This document shows positions 51,879 through 62,000 of a stretch of 62,000 nucleotides of DNA, in pieces. The notes beneath the pieces were generated by a model. The model was not told the origin of the DNA, did not search any database, and saw only the letters and a list, made by a program, of their open reading frames with translations. Origin of the DNA: Mobula hypostoma (taxonomy: Eukaryota); the NCBI RefSeq assembly GCF_963921235.1, contig NC_086101.1, positions 2,046,001 to 2,108,000 on the forward strand, in the 5' to 3' direction. Made by a program: the position numbers and the translations under genes. Within the stretch, counting starts at the first letter, position 1. Every line of letters begins with the position of its first letter.

Positions 51879-51980
51879 CATCTGTAATGATCCATACAAT
51901 GGTGGCCAGGAGAAGAAGTGTTAGTGAACCCATCAGGAACAGCACAGTCACAACGATCATGAATTTCTGTGCTTTCTTAT
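51879..51980 (-). CDS. CD47-like gene: 102-nt TM exon KKAQKFMIVVTVLFLMGSLTLLLLATIVWIITD (most 5' exon found)
   Basis: catttgctttctccAG ... ATG|GTAATT; phase 1/1; basic residues followed by a long hydrophobic helix. Confidence 0.83.
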
Positions 51981-52329
51981 CTGGAGAAAGCAAATGCATT
52001 ATGTCCAGAGGTAAACAACTACAAAGAGAACAAAATGGCAAACAACTCTAAGCAGCATCAAATTAGCATCACTGTTTATATAAGGGAATTGCAGGCCTCT
52101 TCAAACACTTACCTCATGGAACCTACAGAACAATATACTGGACAGCATGATGGTAAAACTCAACATTGCTGACTTGTAAAAGATTTGAGTACCCGTGGTA
52201 AAGTTCCCTCATGGGCCTGCACAGTTGATGTTAAGTCAGAGAGTAATGTTATATCCCCACACCATTCATCCACTCCGAGTGCACCTCTGGTCAGTGTATT
52301 GGTCCCAGAGCCAAGCAGGACAAAAATCA

Positions 52330-52900
52330 CAGATATGTTGAGGCTTTATAAAGCATTGGTCAGACTGCACTTGGAGTATTGTGAGCAGTTTTCGGTCCCG
52401 TATCTAAGAAAGGATGTGCTCATATTGGAGAGGATCCAGAGGAGGTTCATCAAAATGTTTCTCAGATAAAAAGCTTGCCATGTGAGGAGTTTTTGATGTC
52501 TCTGGGCCTGTTCTCACTGGAGTTCGTAAGAATGAAGGGGAATCTCATTGAAACCTATCAAATGTTGAAAGATCTCAATCGAGTTGGTGTGGAGAGTATA
52601 GTGAGGGAGTCTAAAACCGGAGGGCACAGCTTCAGAATAGAAGGACATCTGTTTCGAACAGAGATGCAAAAGAATTTCTTTAGCTAGTGAGTAGTGAATC
52701 TGTGGAGGCCAAGTCTTTATGTATATCTAAGGCAAAGGTTGATAGATTCTTGATTGGTCAGGGAATGAAGGGATACGGGAAAAGGAAGGAGACTGGGGCT
52801 GAGAGGAAAATGGATAAGCCATGATGAAATGGCAGAGCAGACTCATTGGGCCAAATAGCTTAATTATGCTCTTATATCTTATTTCTGCTCCTATATCTTA
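52330..52900 (+). mobile_element. Decayed CR1 3' fragment
   Basis: MLRLYKALVRLHLEYCEQF..ERIQRRF and CR1 3' UTR. Confidence 0.8.
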
Positions 52901-52901
52901 A

Positions 52902-53532
52902 AGATTTAGATTTAGATTATGAGGAGACGCAGTCCTCTTTTATTGTCATTTAGTAATGCATGCATTAAGAAATGATACAATATTCCTCCGGTGTGATATC
53001 ACAGAAACACAGGACAGACCAAGACTGAAAAACTATCAAAACCACGTAATTATAACATATAGTTACAACAGTGCAACAATACCATAACTTGATGAAGAAC
53101 AGGCCATGGGCACAGTAAAAAAGTTCAAAGTCTCTTGAATGTCCCACATCTCACGCAGACGGGAGAAGGAAGAAAACTCTCCCTGCCATGCCGGACCACA
53201 GTCTGACTCTGAGTCGTCTGAAAACTTCGAGCCTCCGATCAGCCCTCTGACACCGAGTACCGAGCACCATCTCTGCCAAACGCTTCGACCCCAGCCTCGG
53301 TTGCCAGCAGCAGGCAAAGCCGGGGATTTTGGGGCCCTCCCTCCAGAGATTCTGGATCGCACAGTAGTAGCGGCAGCGAACCGGGCATTTCAGGAGTTTC
53401 TCCAGATGTTCCTCTGTTTCTCACGTCTGTCTCCATCAAATGAGAATTGTGCACAGCATCCTACTTACAAATACGATATCACTTCACCGGAGAGCTGCGC
53501 GCACTGCATTGCACTGTCGTCTTCTCCTCCCA
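52902..53532 (-). mobile_element. Unclassified non-coding retroposon-like insertion with microsatellite tail
   Basis: (AGATTT)3 at the left end, TTTATT (AATAAA on minus) nearby, CpG-rich right end; no recognisable protein. Confidence 0.45.
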
Positions 53533-53677
53533 CCTTCACAGTTACAGAGAGAAGGTAGAAGGATGGGGTTGAGATGAATAATAAAACAGTCATGATGAAT
53601 TGTGGGAAGAATAGCTTGATTTTGATCGTGTATCTCATAGCTTTGTCATGTATTCAATGCAAAAGGCCAAAGCTTAA

Positions 53678-54307
53678 GCCTGATTTATACTTCTGCATCA
53701 ACTCGACGCCATAACCTACGCAAGTGGCCTGCGCGCATTGTGAGCATTTATACTTGTGTGTTGGTGTGTCCGCGTCGTTCTGCAATTTGGGTATGTTGTG
53801 CATGCGCACACACCTGCCCACGCAAGGCTTCATGGTCATGGTAGTCTTTCTCGGGATAAACAAGTTTAAAACGAGCGTCTTTTTTCGTAAAAGCGAAATG
53901 TGTCCTCCATAATTTCGGAGGTCTGTAAAGCTTTATGGGAAGCATTGCAGCCAGAGTTCCTTCCCTGCCTTTCAGTCGCCCAATGGGAAGCTATTGCGGC
54001 GTAGGAGGAAATGCGATGCTACCAAGCGGATCAATCACAGTTGTTGTGGTCTGCGTTGCCGCGACGCGTAGTTACATTTTGGGAGAGGTGCGCGTCAGGC
54101 TCTGGCATAGGGATCCACGTCGGCTCTGCGTAGGGATCCACGTCGGCTCTGCGTAGGGATCCACGTCAGGCTCTGCGTAGGGATCCACGTCAGGCTCTGC
54201 GTAGGGATCCACGTCGGCTCTGCGTAGGGATCCACGTCGGCTCTGCGTGGGGTTTGTGGCGACGCAGTACTTGCGGCGTCGAATTGCCGCAGAAGTATAA
54301 ATCAGGC
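53678..54307. mobile_element. MITE with TIR GCCTGATTTATACTTCTGC, flanked by TTAA; contains a 23/24-bp tandem array
   Basis: TTAA|GCCTGATTTATACTTCTGC ... GCAGAAGTATAAATCAGGC|TTAA; about 6 copies of GGATCCACGTC(A)GGCTCTGCGTAG at ~54095-54250. Confidence 0.88.
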
Positions 54308-55946
54308 TTAAGGTTTAACCAAGGGGAGACACCATATGGGATCCAAACTACAGAGAAGCCTTGTTTGGAAAGAAAACCAGGGACAGAGGAAAGCAATATC
54401 TTGTCAAAGCCAAGAATAGGCTGATAGCTCCTAGGTAAGCTGAAAAACTTTTTCAATGCTACACACACTTAAATATTGCTGGTCTGACATCTTAGCAAAA
54501 AAAAGCTTTGACCAGCGGCCAGTCAGGACATCGGATGTTTTAAGAGGGCTGAAGGTGTTGTACCTGAATGTGCGCAGTATACAGAATAAGGTGGATGAAC
54601 TTGCAGCACAGTTGCAGATTGGCAGGTACAAGTATTGTAGACATCACTGAATCATGGCTGAAAGATTATAGCTGCAATCTTAATGTCCAAGGACATACAT
54701 TATATTGAAAGGGCAGGCAGGAAGGCAGAGGGGGTGGCATTGCTCTGCTGGTAAAAAAACGAAATCAAATCATTAGATAGAGGTGACACAGGTTTGGAAG
54801 GTGTAGATAGAGTTAAGGAACTGTGAGGGTAAAAGGACCCGGATGAGAGTTGTATGCAGACCCCCAAACAGTAGTAAGGATGTGGCCTACAAACTACAAC
54901 GCGAGATAGAAAACGCATGCCGAAAAAGCAATGTTGCAATAGTCATTTGGCCCATCGGGTCTGCTTCGCCATTCAATCATGGCTGATCCTTTCTTTCCCC
55001 CCTCCTCAGCCCCACTCCCCGCCTTCTTCCCATAACCTTGGATGCCATGTCCAATCAAGAAACTATCAATCTCTGCCTTAAGTACACCCAATGACCTGCC
55101 CTCCACAGCTGCATTTGGTAATAAATTCCACAAGTTCACCACCCTCTGGCTAAAGAAATTTCTCCGCATCTGATTTAGAAGGATTCCCCCCCCCCCCCAT
55201 CCTGAGGCTGTGCTCTCTTGTCCTGGACTCCCCCACAATGGGAAACATCCTTTCCACATCTACTCTCTCTCAGCCTTTCAACGTTTGAAAGATTTCAATG
55301 AGATTCCACCCCCACCCTCATCCTTCTAAATCCCAGCAACTACAGACCCAGAGCTATCAAAGATTCCTTGTATGATAACCTTTTCATTGCTGGAATCATC
55401 CTTGCGAACCTCCTTTGAACTCTCTCCAATGCGAGCACGTCTTTTCTTAGATCAGCAGCCCAAAACTGTTCACAATACTCAATACTGCCATTTCTTTGTC
55501 CATTCTCCTAATCTGCCGAAATCCTTCTGTAGCCTCTCTACTTCCTCAAAACTACCTGCCTTTCCACCTATCTTCATATCATTTGCAAACTCTGCAAGAA
55601 AGCCATCAATTCCATCATTGACATATAATGTAAAAAGAATCAATCCCAACACAGACACCTGTGGAACACCACAAGTCACTGTCAGCTCTCTTTATTCCCA
55701 CTCTTTGCCTCCTGCCAATCAGCCACTGCTGTATCCATGCCAGAATCTCTCCTGGAATACCACGGGCTCAAAGCTTGTTAAGCAGCCTCAGGTGTTGCAC
55801 CTTGTCAAAGGCCTTCTGAAAATCCAAGTACACAGCATCAACCAATTCTCCTTTGTCTATCCTGCTTGTTATTTATTTAAAGAATTAGGGTGAGGCGAAG
55901 AAGGCTTGGTGTTCATTTTCTGTTGTTATTTGAGGAGAGGGGCAGT

Positions 55947-56882
55947 ATGAGTGTGAGGGCAGTTTGCTGTTCTCGGTGTCGGATGTGGGAGGCCCTGGAG
56001 TCTCCAAGCCTCCCGGACGTCCACATCTGCGCCAAGTGCATCGAGATGCAGCTCCTAAGGGACCGCGTTGGGGAACTGGAGCTGCAGCTCGATGACCTTC
56101 GTCTGGTCAGGGAGAGCGAGGAGTTGATAGAGAGAAGTTACAGGCAGGTGGTCACACTGGGGCCACAGGAGGCAGACAAGTGGGTCACGGTTAGGAGGGG
56201 GAAGGGGAAAAGTCAGGTGATGGGGAGTACCCCGGTGGCTGTGCCCCTTAACAACAGGTACTCCTGTTTGAGTACTGTTGGGGGGGACAGCTTACCCGGG
56301 GGAAGCGACAGTGGCCCTGCCTCCGGCACAGAGTCTGGCCCTGTAGCTCAGAAGGGTAGGGCAAGGAAGAGGAGGGCAGTTGTGATAGGGGACTCGATAG
56401 TAAGGGGGTCAGATAGGCGATTCTGTGGACGCAGTCCAGAGACCCGGATGGTAGTTTGCCTCCCTGGTACCAGGGTCCGAGATATTTCTGATCGTGTCCA
56501 AGATATCCTGAAGTGGGAGGGTGAGGAGCCAGAGGTCGTGGTACATATAGGTACCAATGACATAGGTAGGAAAAGGGATGAGGTCCTGAAAGGAGAATAT
56601 AGGGAACTAGGAAGGGAGTTGAGAAAAAGGACCGCAAAGGTAGTAATCTCGGGATTACTGCCTGTGCCACGCGACAGTGAGAGTAGGAATGCAATGAGGT
56701 GGAGGATAAATGCGTGGCTGAGGGATTGGAGCAGGAGGCAGGGATTCAAGTTTCTGGATCATTGGGACCTCTTTTGGCGCAGGCGTGACCTGTACAAAAA
56801 GGACGGGTTACACTTGAATCCTAGGGGGACCAATATCCTGGCAGGGAGATTAGCGAGGGCTACTGAGGTGACTTTAAACTAG
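55947..56882 (+). CDS. CR1 ORF1p: Cys-rich zinc knuckle, coiled coil, SGNH esterase
   Basis: CSRC..HICAKC, heptad leucines, IGDS, LPG, HIGTND, DGLHLN; ATG at 55947; open to the stop. Confidence 0.92.
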   Translation: MSVRAVCCSRCRMWEALESPSLPDVHICAKCIEMQLLRDRVGELELQLDDLRLVRESEELIERSYRQVVTLGPQEADKWVTVRRGKGKSQVMGSTPVAVPLNNRYSCLSTVGGDSLPGGSDSGPASGTESGPVAQKGRARKRRAVVIGDSIVRGSDRRFCGRSPETRMVVCLPGTRVRDISDRVQDILKWEGEEPEVVVHIGTNDIGRKRDEVLKGEYRELGRELRKRTAKVVISGLLPVPRDSESRNAMRWRINAWLRDWSRRQGFKFLDHWDLFWRRRDLYKKDGLHLNPRGTNILAGRLARATEVTLN

Positions 56883-56984
56883 AATGGTTGGGGGGGTAGG
56901 AATCAAATTAAAGAGGCTAGGCAAGAGGAGGTTAGTTCACAACAGGGGGATGGGAACCAGTGCAGAGAGACAGAGGGGTGTAAA

Positions 56985-59920
56985 GTGAGGGTAGAAGCAA
57001 AAAGTACTAAGGAGAAAAGTAAAAGTGGCAGGCCGACAAATCCAGGGCAAGCATTAAAAAGGGCCACTTTTCAACATAATTGTATAAGGGCTAAGAGAGT
57101 TGTAAAAGAGCGCCTGAAGGCTTTGTGTGTCAAGGCAAGGAGCATTCATAATAAGGTGGATGAATTGAAAGTGCAGATTGTTATTAATGATTATGATATA
57201 GTTGGGATCACAGAGACATGGCTCCAGGGTGACCAAGGATGGGAGCTCAACGTTCAGGGATATTCAATATTCAGGAAGGATAGACATGAAGGAAGGGGAG
57301 GTGGGGTGGCGTTGCTGGTTAAAGAAGAGATTAACGCAATAGAAAGGAAGGACATAAGCCGGGAAGATGTGGAATCGATATGGGTAGAGCTGCGTAACAC
57401 TAAGGGGCAGAAGACGCTGGTGGGAGTTGTGTACAGGCCACCTAATAGTAGTAGTGAGGTCGGAGATGGTATTAAACAGGAAATTAGAAATGTGTGCAAT
57501 AGGGGAACAGCAGTTATAATGGGTGACTTCAATCTACATGTAGATTGGGTGAACCAAATTGGTAAAGGTGCTGAGGAAGAGGATTTCTTGGAATGTATGC
57601 GGGATGGTTTTTTGAACCAACATGTCAAGGAACCAACTGGAGAGCAGGCTATTCTGGACTGGGTTTTGAGCAACGAGGAAGGGTTAATTAGCAATCTTGT
57701 CGTGAGAGGCCCCTTGGGTAAGAGTGACCATAATATGGTGGAATTCTTCATTAAGATGGAGAGTGACATAGTTAATTCAGAAACAAAGGTTCTGAACTTA
57801 AAGAGGGGTAACTTTGAAGGTATGAGACGTGAATTAGCTAAGATAGACTGGCAAATGACACTTAAAGGATTGACGGTGGATATGCAATGGCAAGCATTTA
57901 AAGGTTGCATGGATGAACTACAACAATTGTTCATCTCAGTTTGGCAAAAGAATAAATCAAGGAAGGTAGTGCACCCGTGGCTGACGAGAAATTAGGGATA
58001 GTATCAATTCCAAAGAAGAAGCATACAAATTAGCCAGAGAAAGTGGCTCACCTGAGGACTGGGAGAAATTCAGAGTTCAGCAGAGGAGGACAAAGGGCTT
58101 AATTAGGAAGGGGAAAAAAGATTATGAGAGAAAACTGGCAGGGAACATAAAAACTGACTGTAAAAGCTTTTATAGGTATGTAAAAAGGAAAAGACTGGTA
58201 AAGACAAATGTAGGTCCCCTACAGACAGAAACAGGTGAATTGATTATGGGGAGCAAGGACATGGCAGATCAATTGAATAATTACTTTGGTTCTGTCTTCA
58301 CTAAGGAGGACTTAAATAATCTTCCAGAAATAGTAGGGGACAGAGGGTCCAGTGAGATGGAGGAACTGAGCAAAATACATGTTAGTAGGGAAGTGGTGTT
58401 AGGTAAATTGAAGGGATTGAAGGCAGATAAATCCCCAGGGCCAGATGGTCTGCATCCCAGAGTGCTTAAGGAAGTAGCCCAAGAAATAGTGGATGCATTA
58501 GTGATAATTTTTCAAAACTCGTTAGATTCTGGACTAGTTCCTGAGGATTGGAGGGTGGCTAATGTAACCCCACTTTTTAAAAAAGGAGGGAGAGAGAAAC
58601 CGGGGAATTATAGACCGGTTAGCCTAACGTCGGTGGTGGGGAAACTGCTGGAGTCAGTTATCAAAGATGTGATAACAGCACATTTGGAAAGCGGTGAAAT
58701 CATCGGACAAAGTCAGCATGGATTTGTGAAAGGAAAATCGTGTCTGACGAATCTCATAGAATTTTTTGAGGATGTAACTAGTAGAGTGGATAGGGGAGAA
58801 CCAGTGGATGTGGTATATTTGGATTTTCAAAAGGCTTTTGACAAGGTCCCACACAGGAGATTAGTGTGCAAACTTAAAGCACACGGTATTGGGGGTAAGG
58901 TATTGGTGTGGGTGGAGAATTGGTTAGCAGACAGGAAGCAAAGAGTGGGAATAAATGGGACCTTTTCAGAATGGCAGGCGGTGACTAAGTGGGGTACCGC
59001 AAGGCTCAGTGCTGGGACCCCAGTTGTTTACAATATATATTAATGACTTGGATGAGGGAATTAAATGCAGCATCTCCAAGTTTGCGGATGACACGAAGCT
59101 GGGTGGCAGTGTTAGCAGTGAGGAGGATGCTAAGAGGATGTAGGGTGACTTGGATAGGTTGGGTGAGTGGGCAAACTCATGGCAGATGCAATTTAATGTG
59201 GATAAATGTGAAGTTATCCACTTTGGTGGCAAAAATAGGAAAACAGATTATTATCTGAATGGTGGCCGATTAGGAAAAGGGGAGGTGCAACGAGACCTGG
59301 GTGTCATTATACACCAGTCATTGAAAGTGGGCATGCAGGTACAGCAGGCGGTGAAAAAGGCGAATGGTATGCTGGCATTTATAGCGAGAGGATTCGAGTA
59401 CAGGAGCAAGGAGGTACTACTGCAGTTATACAAGGCCTTGGTGAGACCACACCTGGAGTATTGTGTGCAGTTCTGGTCCCCTAATCTGAGGAAAGACATC
59501 CTTGCCATAGAGGGAGTACAAAGAAGGTTCACCAGGTTGATTCCTGGGATGGCAGGAGTTTCATATGAAGAAAGACTGGATGAACTGGGCTTGTACTCGT
59601 TGGAATTTAGAAGATTGAGAGGGGATCTGATTGAAACGTATAAAATCCTAAAGGGATTGGACAGGCTAGATGCAGGAAGATTGTTCCCGATGTTGGGGAA
59701 GTCCAGAACGAGGGGTCACAGTTTGAGGATAAAGGGGAAGCCTTTTAGGAGTGAGATTAGGAAAAACTTCTTCACACAGAGAGTGGTGAATCTGTGCAAT
59801 TCTCTGCCACAGGAAACAGTTGAGGCCAGTTCATTGGCTATATTTAAGAGGGAGTTAGATATGGCCCTTGTGGCTATGGGGATCAGGGGGTATGGAGGGA
59901 AGGCTGGGGCGGGGTTCTGA
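56985..59920 (+). pseudogene. CR1 ORF2 (APE endonuclease plus RT), inactivated
   Basis: GITETW, YRPP, GDFN, LDW and SDH endonuclease motifs. Frameshifts at ~57985 and ~58987; premature TAG at 59140-59142. Confidence 0.93.
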
Positions 59921-60869
59921 GTTCGATGATCAGCCATGATTATAATAAATGGTGGTGCAGGCTCGAAGGGCCGAATGGCCTACTCCTGCACCTATTTTCT
60001 ATGAAATTCCAACAGATTTGTCAGGCATGATTTTCCCTGAGGAAAATATGCTGATGATGGCTTATTTTATCATGCGCCTCCCAGTACGCTGAAAACTCAT
60101 CCATAATAATCAACTCCAACATCTTCCCAACCACTGAGCTCAGACCAACTGGCCTATAGTTTCCTTCCTTCTGCCTCTCTCCCTTCTTGAAGAGTCGAGG
60201 GACATTTGCAATTTTCTACTCTTCTGGAACCATTCCAAAATCAAGTGATTCTTGAAATATGTCTCTACAACCTTTTTCAGGACCCTGCGGTGTACACCAT
60301 CTGGTCCAGGTGACTTACCTACCTTCAGACTCTCAGTTTCTGAAGAAGTTTCTCTCTAGTTAGGGTAATTTCACACACTTCATGACCCCTGACACCTGGA
60401 ATTTCCACCAGACTACTAGTGTCTTCCATAGTGATGACTAACGCAAAATCCTTTTCCAATTTCCATTACCAGCTCTGCAGCATCGTTTCCCAGTGGTCTG
60501 ATATCCACTCTCGCCTCTCTTTTACACTTTATGTATCTGAAGAAACTTTTGGCATCCTCTTTAACAGTATTGGCTAGCTTACTTTCACATTCCATCTTTA
60601 CCTTCTTAATTACTTTTTAGTTGCCTTCTGTTGGTTTTCAAAAGCTTCCCAATCCTCTAACTTCCAACTAATTTTTGATCTATTGCATGCCTTCTTATTG
60701 ATTTCTGTGCTGGCTTTGACTTCTCATTAGCCACAGTTGTGACATCTTTCCTTTAGAATACATCTTCCTCTTTGGGATGTGTAAATCCTACGCCTTCCGA
60801 ACTGCTTCCTGAAATTCCAGCCTTTGCTGCTCTGCTGTCATTCCTGCAGTATTCTTTTCCAATCTATTC

Positions 60870-61852
60870 TGGGGGACAAAGAAATGGGAGGGGAACTTAA
60901 TGGGTACTTTGCATCTGTCTTCACTGTGGAAGACACGAGCAGTGTGCCAGGGGTCCGTGAGTGTCAGGGAGCAGGAGTGAGTGCCATTACTATTACAAAA
61001 GAAAAAGTGTTAGGCAAACTCCAACAAGAGAAAATCTGCAGATGCTGGAAATCCAGGCAACACAGACAGAATGTTGGAGGAACTCAGCAGGCCAGGCAGC
61101 ATCTTTTTTCCATCGATGCTGCTTGGCCTGCTGAGTTCCTCCAGCATTCTGTCTGCATGTTGCTAGGCAAACTCAAAGGTGGATAAGTCACCTGGACATC
61201 CCAGAGTTGCTGAAGAGATAACGGCTGCATTGGTCATGATTTTTCAAGAATCACTTGATTCTCGCACAGTCCCGGAGGACTGGAAGATACAAATATCACT
61301 CCACACTTTAAGAAGGGAGGAATGCAAAAGAAAGGAAATTATAAGCCTGTTAGCTTCAGTGGTTGGGAAAGTGTTGGAGTCTATTATTAAGGATGAAGTT
61401 TTGAGGTACTTGGAGACTAATGACAAAATAGGTCAAAGTCAGCATAGTTTCTGTAAAGGGAAATCTTGCCTGACCACTCTGATAGAGCTCTTCGAGGATG
61501 TCGCCCGGATTGGGGAGCATGCCTTACAAGAATAGGTTGAGTGAACTTGGCCTTCTCTCCTTGGAGTGACGGAGGATGAGAGGTGACCTGATAGAGGTGT
61601 ACAAGATGATGAGAGGCATTCGTCGTGTGGATAGTCAGAGGCTTTTTCCCAGGGCTGAGTTGGCTAAGACGAGAGGGCACAGTTTTAAGATGCTTGGGAG
61701 TAGGTACAGAGGGGATGTCAGGGGTAAGTGTTTTTACGCAGAGAGTGGTGAGTGAGTGGAATGGGCTGCCGGCTACTGCGGTGGAGGCGGATACAATTGG
61801 GTCTTCTAAGAGGCTGTCGGATAGGTACATGGAGCTTAGAAAAATAGAGGCC
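60870..61852 (+). mobile_element. Decayed CR1 fragments (with a small Penelope-type remnant ~61022-61165; family C 3' piece ~61500-61850)
   Basis: ORFs 60824-61186, 61179-61535 and 61625-61855 carry CR1 motifs. Confidence 0.8.
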
Positions 61853-61857
61853 TAATA

Positions 61858-61982
61858 GAGGGTCTCGGCCCGAAACGTTTACTGTACCTCTTCCTAGAGA
61901 TGCTGCCTGGTCTGCTGCGTTCACCAGCAACTTTTATGTGTGTTGCTTGAAATTCCAGCATCTGCAGAATTCCTCGTGTTTG
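61858..61982 (+). mobile_element. Penelope-like pLTR 3' fragment (other remnants near 14440, 17505-17600, 28740, 28995-29160, 37130-37525, 48150-48280)
   Basis: Nearly identical to 38374-38496. Confidence 0.8.
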
Positions 61983-62000
61983 CTGTATTGTGCTGTAGGT

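Larger units (their letters stand above)
55887..60004 (+). mobile_element. Near-full-length CR1 LINE (family A): intact ORF1, disrupted ORF2
   Basis: ORF1, endonuclease, RT and 3' tail in order over ~4.1 kb; possible AATT TSD. Confidence 0.95.
54945..60870 (-). mobile_element. Old CR1 split by the near-full-length family A insertion
   Basis: Minus-strand RT remnant stops at ...AAAGAATT (55886) and resumes at AATTCCAACAG (60005). Confidence 0.8.

Noticed and set aside
50553..51924. 334-aa and 447-aa repetitive ORFs
   Set aside because: Translations of the minisatellite.
25551..51980. Calling the minus-strand gene CD47 or TAPBP
   Set aside because: Tapasin has a single TM helix. Similarity to CD47 is mostly architectural with low identity and different neighbours, so no symbol was assigned.
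54095..54250. Regular 23/24-bp repeats resembling a CRISPR array
   Set aside because: Head-to-tail with no unique spacers, inside a MITE, in eukaryotic DNA with no cas genes.

Overview
Vertebrate, repeat-dense genomic DNA, most likely from a cartilaginous fish (inferred from the CR1/Penelope/SINE repertoire, not proven). Most long ORFs in the supplied track are CR1 LINE pieces or their antisense shadows. Two host genes are hidden in short exons that the track misses or only partly overlaps. (1) The last coding exon of DAXX on + (14898-14957, VNVATQCDPEEIIVLSDSD*, the SUMO-interacting motif) with a TE-poor 3' UTR. (2) A convergent minus-strand gene of at least 7 small GT-AG exons (51980 to 25551): four phase-1 exons each encoding one transmembrane helix, then short cytoplasmic exons. 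Its exon layout, topology and C-x-P-x2-P-L-L motif resemble the CD47 multi-pass domain; its 5' exons lie beyond the window. A CD47-like gene beside DAXX (an MHC-region marker in other vertebrates) is the main candidate novelty. Other content: one near-full-length CR1 and many nested truncated copies (two sibling pairs share inactivating lesions), a fold-back Tc1 derivative, palindromic Penelope-like elements with hammerhead ribozyme cores, a solo LTR, two MITEs, pogo and hAT transposase remnants, Rex1-like fragments and minisatellites. All alignments were done by eye; no searches were run, and boundaries of old repeats are approximate.
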